Below are positions 19,143 through 28,682 of a stretch of DNA of 64,000 nt, in pieces. A model generated the notes under the pieces. The model searched no databases. It was not told where the DNA came from and was given only the letters and a program-made list of their open reading frames with translations. The stretch lies in IMG/VR virus record IMGVR_UViG_3300031555_004271, positions 1 to 64,000 of that record. One strand, given 5' to 3'. Source of the stretch: a virus. Lineage: Duplodnaviria; Caudoviricetes. Made by a program: the position numbers and the translations under genes. Position 1 is the stretch's first letter. The number at the start of each line of letters is the position of its first letter.

Positions 19143-19424
19143 CTAACACTTAGTAAGACAATCATTATCTTTATCATACATATAATGTGCATCATAAGCA
19201 ATACATTTATAAGGTTTCGGTGCTTTTACTATTAGCATATGTTTATTAAAAGTAGTATCATAGCAAAATAGATAGATTATATTTTTACTATTTTTTGGCG
19301 GTTGTATATATTTCTTTACAAAACTTTTCTTGCAAGATAGATTTTCAAAATACACTACAACACTTTTATGAAAACCCATTTCTACATCAAATAGAATCTT
19401 TTTAAAGGTAACTATATTTTCCAT
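19143..19424 (-). CDS. FDL-like paralog (array B)
   Basis: MENIVTFKKILFDVEMG; start moved to the internal Met. Confidence 0.75.
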   Translation of the reverse strand: MENIVTFKKILFDVEMGFHKSVVVYFENLSCKKSFVKKYIQPPKNSKNIIYLFCYDTTFNKHMLIVKAPKPYKCIAYDAHYMYDKDNDCLTKC

Positions 19425-19446
19425 ATGTAATTTCCCTTTCATCTAA

Positions 19447-19872
19447 TCAAAAAATGTGTCTTTTCTCATAGAAAATTTTATCAAAATTATAACCATCAAC
19501 TGTTACTTCGTCAAAAATTTTCTCAGAATATTGAATATATTTCATGTATCTTTGTTTTCTATAATGTTCTTTATAAAAACAAATTGGTCTATTATGAAGC
19601 TTCACAATAGCTATTTGATTTAGATCACCATTTTGATTTAGATATTTTAATACTATATCTACATTATCTGATTCTAATTCATATTCATGCCAAATAAGAG
19701 ATCGATCTTCTATCTTATAATCTTCTTTTAATGCTTTTGCATATTTCTTAAGCTCATAATAGTTCAAAAATTGAATGCATAATTCATTATTCTTATAAAG
19801 ACCTAACTCTAAATTAAAAAGTACTAAATCTAAAAACTTATGTACTACATCTTTATCTTCCATATATTTCAA
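19447..19872 (-). CDS. FDL-like paralog (array B, first gene)
   Basis: LDLVLFNLELG; gaaagg RBS. Confidence 0.7.
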   Translation of the reverse strand: MKYMEDKDVVHKFLDLVLFNLELGLYKNNELCIQFLNYYELKKYAKALKEDYKIEDRSLIWHEYELESDNVDIVLKYLNQNGDLNQIAIVKLHNRPICFYKEHYRKQRYMKYIQYSEKIFDEVTVDGYNFDKIFYEKRHIF

Positions 19873-19905
19873 TTTTCCTTTCTTTTAAGAAAATAGTAGA
19901 TTTTT

Positions 19906-19917
19906 AACAATACAATA
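19906..19917 (+). promoter_or_regulatory. Putative late promoter AACA-N6-TA
   Basis: aaca-atacaa-ta. Confidence 0.6.
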
Positions 19918-19951
19918 AAACTATATAAATCCACAAAGGAGGTTTTATAAA

Positions 19952-20296
19952 ATGACACTTGCTCAATACAAGACTCTTATGGATGGTTTAGATGTCAATA
20001 AAGATGTTGCATTTATCTTTACTGCTGAAAATACTAAAATCATGCCAGAGCGTTATCCAAAGATCGAAATTGATGAAGCAAATGAACTATTAAAAGCATA
20101 CATTATCCATCCAGGTTCTAAGACTGATAAGCCAATCTATACATTATCTTTCGTATGTACATTAGATTCTGTATTTGCTATTCAGTTTAGAATTAGAGAT
20201 GGTGTATATACTACTAATGAAAAGGGTGAAAAAGTTTTTACACCTAGTCTACAAGAACAAGTTGATGATGCATACTACATCGGACGCTATAGCTAA
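19952..20296 (+). CDS. Hypothetical late protein, 114 aa
   Basis: aaggagg RBS, own promoter and terminator. Confidence 0.8.
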   Translation: MTLAQYKTLMDGLDVNKDVAFIFTAENTKIMPERYPKIEIDEANELLKAYIIHPGSKTDKPIYTLSFVCTLDSVFAIQFRIRDGVYTTNEKGEKVFTPSLQEQVDDAYYIGRYS

Positions 20297-20328
20297 TTCT
20301 TAAATCAAAAACTTAAACCAACTTAAAT

Positions 20329-20375
20329 GAACCTTATACCAATTTAGAATATTGGTATAAGGTTCTTATTTTTTC
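20329..20375 (+). terminator. Intrinsic terminator
   Basis: gaaccttataccaat-ttagaat-attggtataaggttc followed by a T-rich tail. Confidence 0.8.
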
Positions 20376-20378
20376 AAA

Positions 20379-20394
20379 TTTAGAATATATATTT
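20379..20394 (-). promoter_or_regulatory. Putative early promoter pointing to array B
   Basis: minus aaatatatattctaaa, same as the 14453 and 63551 motifs. Confidence 0.45.
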
Positions 20395-20432
20395 CAAACT
20401 ATCTTTAATTCGAAAAACTCATTTTTTCTTTT

Positions 20433-20447
20433 AAATATATATACTAA
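20433..20447 (+). promoter_or_regulatory. Putative early promoter
   Basis: aaatatatatactaa. Confidence 0.55.
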
Positions 20448-20481
20448 CATTGTATTATTATAAAGTAAAGGAGAACTTTAT

Positions 20482-20781
20482 ATGTCAATTAGAGTAAAAC
20501 TTATAGTCAAGAGAACTAACGAGGAAATTGATGAACCCATTATTTGTCCAGAAGCTATGAATGATCCAGATAATTTAGCTATGAGAAAAACTAAAAAAGA
20601 AGAAAAGAAATTTGTTAAGGATTATGACACTATTAAAAAAGAATTAGATAAAGTTATGAATAGAATTGATTCTTTAATGGACGATTATAATCATCCGAAT
20701 TATTGGGATAATCTTAAAATGTTAAGCAATTTTGCAACAGTATTAAAATGGGTTTTAGATGAAGGTAAATCAGATTTATAA
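20482..20781 (+). CDS. Hypothetical protein, 99 aa
   Basis: aaaggag RBS. Confidence 0.8.
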   Translation: MSIRVKLIVKRTNEEIDEPIICPEAMNDPDNLAMRKTKKEEKKFVKDYDTIKKELDKVMNRIDSLMDDYNHPNYWDNLKMLSNFATVLKWVLDEGKSDL

Positions 20782-20810
20782 ATCCAAAGAAATGAGGTAA
20801 TGCGAGAACT

Positions 20811-22423
20811 ATGAAAACCGAATTTGTAAATCTAGAAAGTTTGTATGATCCAGAGAGAGTTATTACAAATCCACAACCACTAACAAAGGAAAAGACTTTC
20901 TCCGATGATGGTCTTTTCTCAGAGAAACTATTTGGTAAGAACAACAGTGACAATGACCTACTATCATATTCTTGTGAATGCGGTAAATACAAAGGAAAGT
21001 TCTTAAGAGGTTTTACTTGTGACGAATGTAAAACTGAAGTAAAGTTCCAAGAACCTATGTTAGAGAAGCTAGCATGGATTTCTCTAGGTAAGTATCACAT
21101 TATCAATCCCGTATTCTATTATGAAATTGCTAAACTAACATCTGGTGTTCAGAAGTTAAATGACATCATTTCTTATGATAAGAAAATTGACAAAGATGGT
21201 AACATTATTGATGATGAAAAAGGAAAGTTCAATAATTCTGGTCTAGTATTTTTCAAGGAGAATTTCTTTGAGGGCGAGAAGATTCTAGACTATCTATATG
21301 AGAATTCTAAATATAAGAACAAAGATACTGTGTATAATCTGTTACTAGAACATCAGGATAAGATCTTCCTACAACATATTCCAGTATACGACACTCTATT
21401 GAGACCTGCAAGTGTGACTTATAAGGACAAACCTGTGTTTAAGTTTGATGAGATCAATAACTCCTATAACTTCATCATCAAACTATCTAACATGATTAAC
21501 AAAGAATCTAAGGATTTTGATTTAGTTGTACTACCTAACTTGTTCAACATTCAGAATAAGATGATTCTAGTATTTAATAAGATTATCGAAAATCTTGCAG
21601 GTAAGAGTGGCTTTATCAGATCCTCAGTGCTCGGTTCTAGACTTAACTATAGCAGTCGTTGTGTTATTACACCTATGGAAGCTGGTTATGATGTAACCGA
21701 AATCGTATTCCCTTATCTAGCATTTGTTGAACTGTATTCCTTCCAGTTAATCAATATGTTAAGTAAGCTAAAGAAGATTTCTATGTTAGATGCACAAAGA
21801 ATTGTATATGAAGCACAGGCTAATTTCAATAGAGAGGTTTACAATCTATGTCTAGAATTGGTTAAGAAAACCAAACATGGATTGTTAGTAATAGGTATTA
21901 GAAACCCGACAATTGCAAGAGGATCTGTACAGGTACTTCGAATTGCTCATGTAAAGGAAGACATTTCAGATTTAACAACGTCAGTTCATAACTGTATCTT
22001 AGAGTTATGGGGTGGGGATTGAAATTTCGTAGTCGTCTGTGTTAGTAATAATACAGAGTATCATTTCAAGAATTGCTGGAAAACCTTAAAAGATGATCAG
22101 CATCCAGTTATATACTGGTTCAACGACTAATACCTTAAGAATTTAGGGTTAGTATGAAACATTCTTTATAGAATGAAGATATAGTCTGAACTCTATAGTT
22201 ATATAGAGTTTGTAAGTCTAATAAACTTACTTCAACATGTAAATAGTACGATGGTGACGTTGTTAACTTCTTCCCACTAATGGATAATGAATACAAGACT
22301 GAGTTCTACAGAGTTTTCAGTCCTGATAAGATGTTCATTAGTAACAATACTGGTGCATTTAATGCTAAACTTTCTATTGACCGTGATCAAGTTATTGGTA
22401 TTCATCAGTTTAATCTAGACTAA
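20811..22423 (+). CDS. rpoC: Non-virion RNA polymerase beta-prime N-terminal subunit (AR9 gp270-like), spliced: join(20811..22019,22247..22423), 461 aa
   Basis: FSDDGLFSEKLFG, CECG..CDEC zinc site, RLNYSSRCVITP, RNPT; splicing gives catalytic GGD|YDGDVVNF. Confidence 0.9.
22020..22246 (+). ncRNA. Group I intron (227 nt) inside the catalytic DxDGD motif
   Basis: IGS ucgua-Guc pairs the 3' exon uacga (P10) and 5' exon gaU (P1); P aauugcugga 22071, R guucaacgacua 22118, P8 cauucuuuauagaaug, S 22176, terminal G 22246. Confidence 0.9.
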
Positions 22424-22437
22424 TGAGGTCATTTCAC

Positions 22438-22920
22438 ATGAGTAATATTTACGAAGGTTTAATAGAAGGATTAGAAGAAGCTCTGGAATACGAAAAAGGT
22501 AATTTAGAGCTTCCTACTAAAATCCTAACTACAACAAAAAATAAGTACAATCTAAAACCTAGTGATATCAACAAGTTAGTCATATTAGATAGATCTCAGA
22601 TTGAAGAAAATCCTATGTTTTGGAGAAATGAAGTAATACAAGCGTATTGTATTACAAGAGAATTTGGTAGTCCTGCTGATTTTAGATTTAGTACAGAGAA
22701 TTCTGTATGGATTGGTATCTATGATGAAGATGCTAAAGCTTATAAGAACAAAGTAAGATATTTTTGCACTAGTTATGGTGGAATGTGTGGTTATAAGTTT
22801 AAGACATTCTTCAATGAAAAAGAGATAGATAACAACAATGATCTAAGTGCTCAGATATTCCTATTAGAGACAATAAATTCACTATTAGATTTAGGAATTT
22901 TAGGATTACCTAATAAGTAA
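22438..22920 (+). CDS. Hypothetical protein with an antitoxin-like N-terminal helix
   Basis: Start moved to MSNIYEGLIEGLEEALEYEKG behind gaggt. Confidence 0.7.
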   Translation: MSNIYEGLIEGLEEALEYEKGNLELPTKILTTTKNKYNLKPSDINKLVILDRSQIEENPMFWRNEVIQAYCITREFGSPADFRFSTENSVWIGIYDEDAKAYKNKVRYFCTSYGGMCGYKFKTFFNEKEIDNNNDLSAQIFLLETINSLLDLGILGLPNK

Positions 22921-22926
22921 AGTATA

Positions 22927-22970
22927 AAAAGGAAAGATTAACCAAATGTGTTAATCTTTCCTTATTTTTT
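22927..22970 (+). terminator. Intrinsic terminator
   Basis: aaggaaagattaac...gttaatctttcctt plus T run. Confidence 0.8.
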
Positions 22971-22971
22971 T

Positions 22972-22983
22972 AACAATACATTA
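22972..22983 (+). promoter_or_regulatory. Putative late promoter AACA-N6-TA
   Basis: aaca-atacat-ta. Confidence 0.6.
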
Positions 22984-23037
22984 GAAACTTTAAACCATTA
23001 AAATTTTTATTACAAAAAGAGAGTTGGTGAATATCAT

Positions 23038-23772
23038 ATGGATTTTGATATCAATTCTTTTCTTGAACTTCTTATTGGTAGCGTAAAAGGAAGAGAGATT
23101 CCTTTTATTTACTATATGATAATTCTGATAGCATTATTGACTTTTTTTGCTATCAGAGATTTTTTATTAGTAAAGAAAGAGGATTTAGAAGAAAATAGAA
23201 AATCAAAGATTTCTGATTTTACATTAGATATAGTAACATCTTTAGTATCAAGTGTTATTTGTCTATCTTTATCAGAAAATACTTTAGTTTCTGTTCTTCT
23301 TGGTATTTTAAGTGCTATTTATATAGTACCTAAAATATCACCTAAGATTATCAAAAAGAAAGATAGTGGAAAAGAAGATAAAAAAGCTATTGAAAATAAT
23401 GTAAATGTTGTAATTAACAATAACACTGACGATGAAAAAGAAAGTCTATTACCATCTTTCTATGATCCTAACAATTTGAAGCTACCTGAGAACATAACTT
23501 CTTATAATCAGCTCAATATCATAATGATTCTTGAGATGTATGGTTATATTTCTCCTAATCAGAAGTTCAAAATGATTACTCAGTCATTATTTGAAACTCC
23601 TGATGAACAAGTAGAAAAGCTATTAGAAATGTATGTTTTGAATAAAGACGAATTAGACGAAGCTAGAGCTATATTAAATCTAATAAAGCTAAACAATCGT
23701 TTAATCTCTAAAGAAGAAGCATTACATTGTATAATGGAAGTAAAAAATAAAGGAAATCAGAAAGGGGGGTAA
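23038..23772 (+). CDS. Membrane protein (holin-like, about 3 TM) with a soluble C-terminal domain
   Basis: Hydrophobic segments at about aa 21-40, 60-78 and 82-98, then a charged linker. Confidence 0.55.
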   Translation: MDFDINSFLELLIGSVKGREIPFIYYMIILIALLTFFAIRDFLLVKKEDLEENRKSKISDFTLDIVTSLVSSVICLSLSENTLVSVLLGILSAIYIVPKISPKIIKKKDSGKEDKKAIENNVNVVINNNTDDEKESLLPSFYDPNNLKLPENITSYNQLNIIMILEMYGYISPNQKFKMITQSLFETPDEQVEKLLEMYVLNKDELDEARAILNLIKLNNRLISKEEALHCIMEVKNKGNQKGG

Positions 23773-23780
23773 TTGTATAA

Positions 23781-24890
23781 ATGAGAAAAGTAAACGTTAG
23801 TGATATAGCTAAACATGAGGGAGAATTTCTGGCAAGAGACGTCTTTCATAATGGACAATTACTCGCCCAAAGTAACTCTGTAATTGATACATCACTTATT
23901 AATAGAATAACTGAATTAAGTGATCATATTTTCTATATTTTTACTTATAGTAGTGATACCTTAAATAACGACATTACAAATCTTATTACTGATGACATCT
24001 TAGACATCATTAAACATGAAATGGATTTGATACTTAAACGTTATTCACATTCTGGTATAGAAGATATAGATTTACTCAAAAAAATCATAGATATTTTCTT
24101 AAACAATATCCTAAGAGAGAAGTATTTCAAGAACTATCTAGAGAATTTGTTTATTCTAAACTCTAAACTATTTGGTCATTCAATCAGAGTTACTATTATA
24201 TCTCTTATTTTAGCTATAAAGGCTAATTTAAGTAGCGATCTAATCAATGGCATTGCTATTGGTAGTATCTTACATGAAATTGGTAGAAACAAGTTATTTA
24301 TAAAGTTTCCAATTTTAGCAGAAACTAATCATAGTTATAGTTTCGAAGAATATACTTTAATTAAAACAGTTCCAACGCTAGGTTATAATGAAGTTCTTAA
24401 TAACAAGCTAGTACCACCAGTTAGTAAAAAAATTATCTTAATGCATGATGTATGGGAGGACTTTGATAAGTCATATGATGAAGATAAAAAACTCCATATG
24501 TCATTTCCATCATACTATCAAGATAAAAAAATTGAAAGCGAACAAAAAGGTATAGCTGTAAATATTGTACAGGCTGCAAACTATTTTGATATGTTTGCTA
24601 TGAAGTTTAAGAATAGTTTCCCATCACTAGATGATCGTAAAAATATAAACAAGTTCTTTGTAAAAAATTCTAATAACATCTTCTCTAGAGAAGCATCTGA
24701 ACTCATAACAAAATATATCTCATACTTTTCAGTAGGTGAAAAAGTAACACTCTCTAATGGTAAAAAAGCAACTATAGAAAAACATACTAATGATCCAATG
24801 CATCCAATTGTAAGATTAAAAGACGATACTATACTAAATCTATCTGATGTTAAAGATAAGATTTCAATTGTTAGCATGATCAGCAAATAA
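23781..24890 (+). CDS. HD-GYP-like protein, degenerate active site
   Basis: FLARDVF..GQLL N-terminus, HSIRV, LHEIG, PTLGY, FSVGEKVTLSNG..A..HPIVR C-terminus. Confidence 0.75.
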   Translation: MRKVNVSDIAKHEGEFLARDVFHNGQLLAQSNSVIDTSLINRITELSDHIFYIFTYSSDTLNNDITNLITDDILDIIKHEMDLILKRYSHSGIEDIDLLKKIIDIFLNNILREKYFKNYLENLFILNSKLFGHSIRVTIISLILAIKANLSSDLINGIAIGSILHEIGRNKLFIKFPILAETNHSYSFEEYTLIKTVPTLGYNEVLNNKLVPPVSKKIILMHDVWEDFDKSYDEDKKLHMSFPSYYQDKKIESEQKGIAVNIVQAANYFDMFAMKFKNSFPSLDDRKNINKFFVKNSNNIFSREASELITKYISYFSVGEKVTLSNGKKATIEKHTNDPMHPIVRLKDDTILNLSDVKDKISIVSMISK

Positions 24891-24915
24891 AAAAGGAAAG
24901 AAGTGATAAGAATTA

Positions 24916-26178
24916 ATGAAAGGTATGTCAAAGAAAACAGTAATAACTTGTAATGTTTCTAACTCTATTTGCTCTCTCTTAAGTTCTATGACAGGCTTTG
25001 CTAAAGATCTTATCATGGATTTTTTCCCAGATGAATACTTTAAAAGTGTTTATGTTTCTACTGCATTAGCCTCATCTGAACAAGCTGGTGTAAACGATGA
25101 TGATATTCCATTAAAACATTATCCACAGTTATCAATAACGCCTTCATTTGTCCCGGATTATGATGATACTTATGGTGGTCCATATCCTACTTGGAGACGT
25201 GGAGTATTTCAAACATTTAATCACTATTCTGATCGATATGGTTATAAGAAAGTTTTTTACAATGATGAAGATAACCTTATAATCTCTGCTATACCTAATA
25301 GAATCAAATTTTCTTTTGATTACAAGATAAAAGTAGAAACTTATTTACAAAAGATGGATGTTGTCTATATGCTTAGACAAAAATTCCATAATAATGACAG
25401 AGTCTATTGGAATAACCAGTTATTAAAAGCTCAAATTCCAAATACTCTTATAAAAGCATTATCTAGTTGTAAAGATTTAGATATCAAAGATCCTCATGAC
25501 AGAGAGAAATTTTTAGACTATCTTAAAAATCATTCTCAAGGTCATATAGAACCAGTTATATATACTGGTAGTGGTAATCATACATTTGTCCATACCTATG
25601 CAGCTAATATTCTAGTAACTGTTGAAAATCCTCCAGATACTGATGAGAAAAATGTTAGTAAAGTCAATATGGCTAGTCATGAAGAGGTAGTAGAAATGAC
25701 TCTAAATATGGAACTATGGATTCCTTCAAACTATATGTTTGAATGTAATTCTTTACCAACAGGTAAGTATGAACCTACTTTAGAAGAAAGTAAGGTGTAC
25801 ATTTTTGGTAATGTTCCTCTTAGACCAAACAATACTTTCATGGATAAAACTCTTATCAAATGGCAAGAACTTCTAACTGAAGTAAATACTCCACTAGATA
25901 GTATAGACATGGACGATTTCTTACCTTTTGAAACTCTAGAATATGTAAATGAACAGTTAGAAAAAAGAGATTATGAATGTCTTGATTGTACTTTTATGTT
26001 CGTTTTATATAGAGATAGGAAAAAACTAGAATATGGTAAAGATTTTCTTGTTGATTGGAAAAACAAGAAAGTTGTTTTGGTTAACCCTTTATTTAATTAT
26101 AATCATTATATTGGTTGCTATGCTAATCAGGCGACCCTATATGAATGGAAAGAAATAAAGAGAAGAAAAGAAGAATAA
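24916..26178 (+). CDS. Hypothetical (probable virion structural) protein, 420 aa
   Basis: Long ORF in a late operon; no motif recognised. Confidence 0.7.
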   Translation: MKGMSKKTVITCNVSNSICSLLSSMTGFAKDLIMDFFPDEYFKSVYVSTALASSEQAGVNDDDIPLKHYPQLSITPSFVPDYDDTYGGPYPTWRRGVFQTFNHYSDRYGYKKVFYNDEDNLIISAIPNRIKFSFDYKIKVETYLQKMDVVYMLRQKFHNNDRVYWNNQLLKAQIPNTLIKALSSCKDLDIKDPHDREKFLDYLKNHSQGHIEPVIYTGSGNHTFVHTYAANILVTVENPPDTDEKNVSKVNMASHEEVVEMTLNMELWIPSNYMFECNSLPTGKYEPTLEESKVYIFGNVPLRPNNTFMDKTLIKWQELLTEVNTPLDSIDMDDFLPFETLEYVNEQLEKRDYECLDCTFMFVLYRDRKKLEYGKDFLVDWKNKKVVLVNPLFNYNHYIGCYANQATLYEWKEIKRRKEE

Positions 26179-26179
26179 A

Positions 26180-26215
26180 AAAATGGAGAATCACATTTAG
26201 TGATTCTCCATTTTT
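26180..26215. terminator. Bidirectional terminator
   Basis: aaaatggagaatcac...gtgattctccatttt. Confidence 0.85.
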
Positions 26216-26224
26216 AATTAAAGA

Positions 26225-26527
26225 TTAATCCTGAGCAGCAGTTTTACCATCATCTTCGCTCTGAACAGCAGTTACGTCAGTTAAAACTACTTCATAAACA
26301 GCACCCTGGACAGGAATTGCATTAACAGCAAATAAAGGACGATCTAAACCTAATGCATCATAAGTGGTAACACCAGCCTCAACCATAATTACTTTATGAC
26401 CTGCATCAGTAGCCTCAATTTTAGTTACCTTGCAAACTTTACCATCAAAACGAACTTTGTCACCAACTGCGACCCAGCCCTCTAGACCTAGAGTCTTAGA
26501 CTGAACTCTCTTAATTACCATAGCCAT
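26225..26527 (-). CDS. Small beta-rich late protein (probably structural)
   Basis: Start moved to MAMVIK behind gaaaggag; high-expression codon style. Confidence 0.7.
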   Translation of the reverse strand: MAMVIKRVQSKTLGLEGWVAVGDKVRFDGKVCKVTKIEATDAGHKVIMVEAGVTTYDALGLDRPLFAVNAIPVQGAVYEVVLTDVTAVQSEDDGKTAAQD

Positions 26528-26581
26528 AATTCTTTTATCTCCTTTCAAAATTTTATTTTTTAACTAATATATAATTAGTTT

Positions 26582-26596
26582 TATTAATATGTTGTT
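26582..26596 (-). promoter_or_regulatory. Putative late promoter(s) AACA-N6-TA
   Basis: Overlapping aaca-acatat-ta and aaca-tattaa-ta on the minus strand. Confidence 0.55.
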
Positions 26597-26732
26597 TGTT
26601 AAATATTCCAATTTTTCTTCATTTCCTTTTTAAGTTTTAATGCAACTATTAGATTTCTAACATTTATGATAAGTGCTATAACATTTATAATTAATGCGAC
26701 ATAACATAAAACTATAATAAAAATCCTTTCAT

Positions 26733-27794
26733 TTATATGAAATTTGACTTTAGCTTTATACGGTTTAACTTAGTTCCATAATCCTTTTCTATAGAATTAT
26801 AGAGTATTTTTACTCGATTACTACCCATAACTGAATTTTGTCTTTTCAAGTTATAATACAAACCCATATTTACATCAGCATCAGAATAGATAGTAATATC
26901 CATATTGAGAAATCCTAATCTAGCAAAATGGTTTACTATCAAACCATAACCTTTACCATTAACTGAAGTAAAGATTTTGTTTTCTGTATTTCCTTTATAG
27001 AAATACTCTCTAATACCAACTATATCAAATGGACCTTCTGACATTACTAGCTCTATCTTTGGTGTTAATAAATCTATCCTAGAACTACATGTATAAAATC
27101 TTTTTCCAGCTTGATTATTAAAAATGTTATACATATAGTATCGTTCATTTTTCTTACAATTAGGATCTATATTACGGAATATAATGTATGATTGATCGGA
27201 ACTTAAGAAACCTATATAGTTTCTAATAATGTTCTTTAGCATATAATCATTTAGATTTATATCCTCAATCTCATTTTGTTCTATAAACTGCTTAAATGAG
27301 AATATAACTTTATAATCTTGTATATATTGTTCTGGTTCTAGATCAAAACTATAGCGAGAGTTAATGTAGTCTAACTTTGCTTTTTCTCTAGAAGTTCCAT
27401 TAAAATCTGGTAGTACTAGATTCTCCTTTTTCAATAAAGACTTTACATCATAAGTACTGTCTGAAAATTTTTTATTTTTTCTTGTTCTTGTATTTTCCTT
27501 ATTGAATTTTTCCAATTCTCCCATGAGTACATAATCTAGAACATTTATATCCTTAAGAAAGTTTCTATCAACATTTCCAGAACTAGTACATTTCTGACAG
27601 TAATATGGAAAACAGTAAGCATTGTCTAATCCAATATACATATGAGTATGAAGTGCTGACTTTTGTGAATCTCCACAGTAACAACACCGTATCATCAATT
27701 CGTTCTTTGCACTGTTTAAATTAGCAGGATGTACATTTGATTGTATACTTTTAATAAGTCTTAATTTTAAGTCTTCATGTGTCATATCAATCAT
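26733..27794 (-). CDS. DNA primase (T4 gp61-like, Zn finger plus TOPRIM)
   Basis: RCCYCGDS...YCQKC, SEGPFD, YSDADV. Confidence 0.85.
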   Translation of the reverse strand: MIDMTHEDLKLRLIKSIQSNVHPANLNSAKNELMIRCCYCGDSQKSALHTHMYIGLDNAYCFPYYCQKCTSSGNVDRNFLKDINVLDYVLMGELEKFNKENTRTRKNKKFSDSTYDVKSLLKKENLVLPDFNGTSREKAKLDYINSRYSFDLEPEQYIQDYKVIFSFKQFIEQNEIEDINLNDYMLKNIIRNYIGFLSSDQSYIIFRNIDPNCKKNERYYMYNIFNNQAGKRFYTCSSRIDLLTPKIELVMSEGPFDIVGIREYFYKGNTENKIFTSVNGKGYGLIVNHFARLGFLNMDITIYSDADVNMGLYYNLKRQNSVMGSNRVKILYNSIEKDYGTKLNRIKLKSNFI

Positions 27795-28602
27795 CCATTT
27801 CTACTCTATATGATAAAAGTGACTCATATAGTATATTAGGAATCTTATCTTTATATTCATCAGCTACTTTCTTAATTAAAGCTTCTTTTTCTTCTTTATA
27901 CCATTTAAATGCAGTTATTTCATCTTTAAAGAATTTTGTTTTTTGTTTACCCAAAATATTTAATCCTGCTTGATAGCAATCGTATTTTTTAACATATTTT
28001 ACTCCAATTACACAATCTCCTCTAAACTTTTCATTTCTTATAAAAAGTTTATTAATTCTATCTGGAACAAAGCAACAATTATCACTATTGTAAATCTTAT
28101 TATGCTTAACTATAATATCTTTATCTAAACACATAGTTTCATTTTCTACAGTATAATAGTTTTTGTCAAACCAAAATGCAAAATTATCGTAATTAAGCCA
28201 TTCATCACTAACTTTACAATCTATATAAGTTGGAAGTTTCTTTAAAGACTTTTTATCATAACATCGCACTAACATATCACGCCATGTATCATAACATTTA
28301 CTATGTTTGCCATTTTCCATTATTAAATGGCTATGTTCTTTATAAAGACCTAAACATCCAACATCTAAGATAGTTTTTTGAAATGGATTCTTTACATTAT
28401 TTTCTAAAATATGATCTAGTCTCGTTATATACGTATATTCATTCTCATCTAAAAATTTAATTTCAACTTTTTTATTACTTTCGTAATTTACAATTTCAAA
28501 AGGTGTATTATTTATAGTCTTTATATTTTCTTTAAAATCATCTTTATTTAAAGGATTGAACGTTCGTCCAATATATTCATCTTTTAAATTAGTATAAAAC
28601 AT
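27787..28602 (-). CDS. Free-standing HNH homing endonuclease
   Basis: YDTWRDMLVRCY, CLDKDII..NKIYNSDNCCFVP..IN, AP2-like C-terminus. Confidence 0.8.
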   Translation of the reverse strand: MFYTNLKDEYIGRTFNPLNKDDFKENIKTINNTPFEIVNYESNKKVEIKFLDENEYTYITRLDHILENNVKNPFQKTILDVGCLGLYKEHSHLIMENGKHSKCYDTWRDMLVRCYDKKSLKKLPTYIDCKVSDEWLNYDNFAFWFDKNYYTVENETMCLDKDIIVKHNKIYNSDNCCFVPDRINKLFIRNEKFRGDCVIGVKYVKKYDCYQAGLNILGKQKTKFFKDEITAFKWYKEEKEALIKKVADEYKDKIPNILYESLLSYRVEMDD

Positions 28603-28635
28603 ATTACCGATTATTCTCCTTTCTAATCAAAAAAT

Positions 28636-28674
28636 TTTCCCTATAATTCTTAGTTTTTAAGAATTATAGGGAAA
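28636..28674 (-). terminator. Intrinsic terminator
   Basis: tttccctataattctt...aagaattatagggaaa. Confidence 0.8.
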
Positions 28675-28682
28675 TAAAATTT

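Larger units (their letters stand above)
16351..19872 (-). repeat. Tandem paralog array B (10 divergent FDL-like genes)
   Basis: TFxxILFDxxLG ... IxDxxF repeated. Confidence 0.75.

Noticed and set aside
22011-22030. Stop-codon recoding or an alternative genetic code (TGA/TAA right after the first Asp of the RNAP catalytic motif, also at 48111)
   Set aside because: Both stops are the first codon of group I introns with complete P/Q/R/S cores. Other genes end normally at TAA, TAG and TGA.
26660-26730. Short ORF MLCRINYKC... and the ataaatgtta direct repeat
   Set aside because: Only 16 codons with poor RBS spacing; a 10-nt AT-rich repeat is expected by chance.
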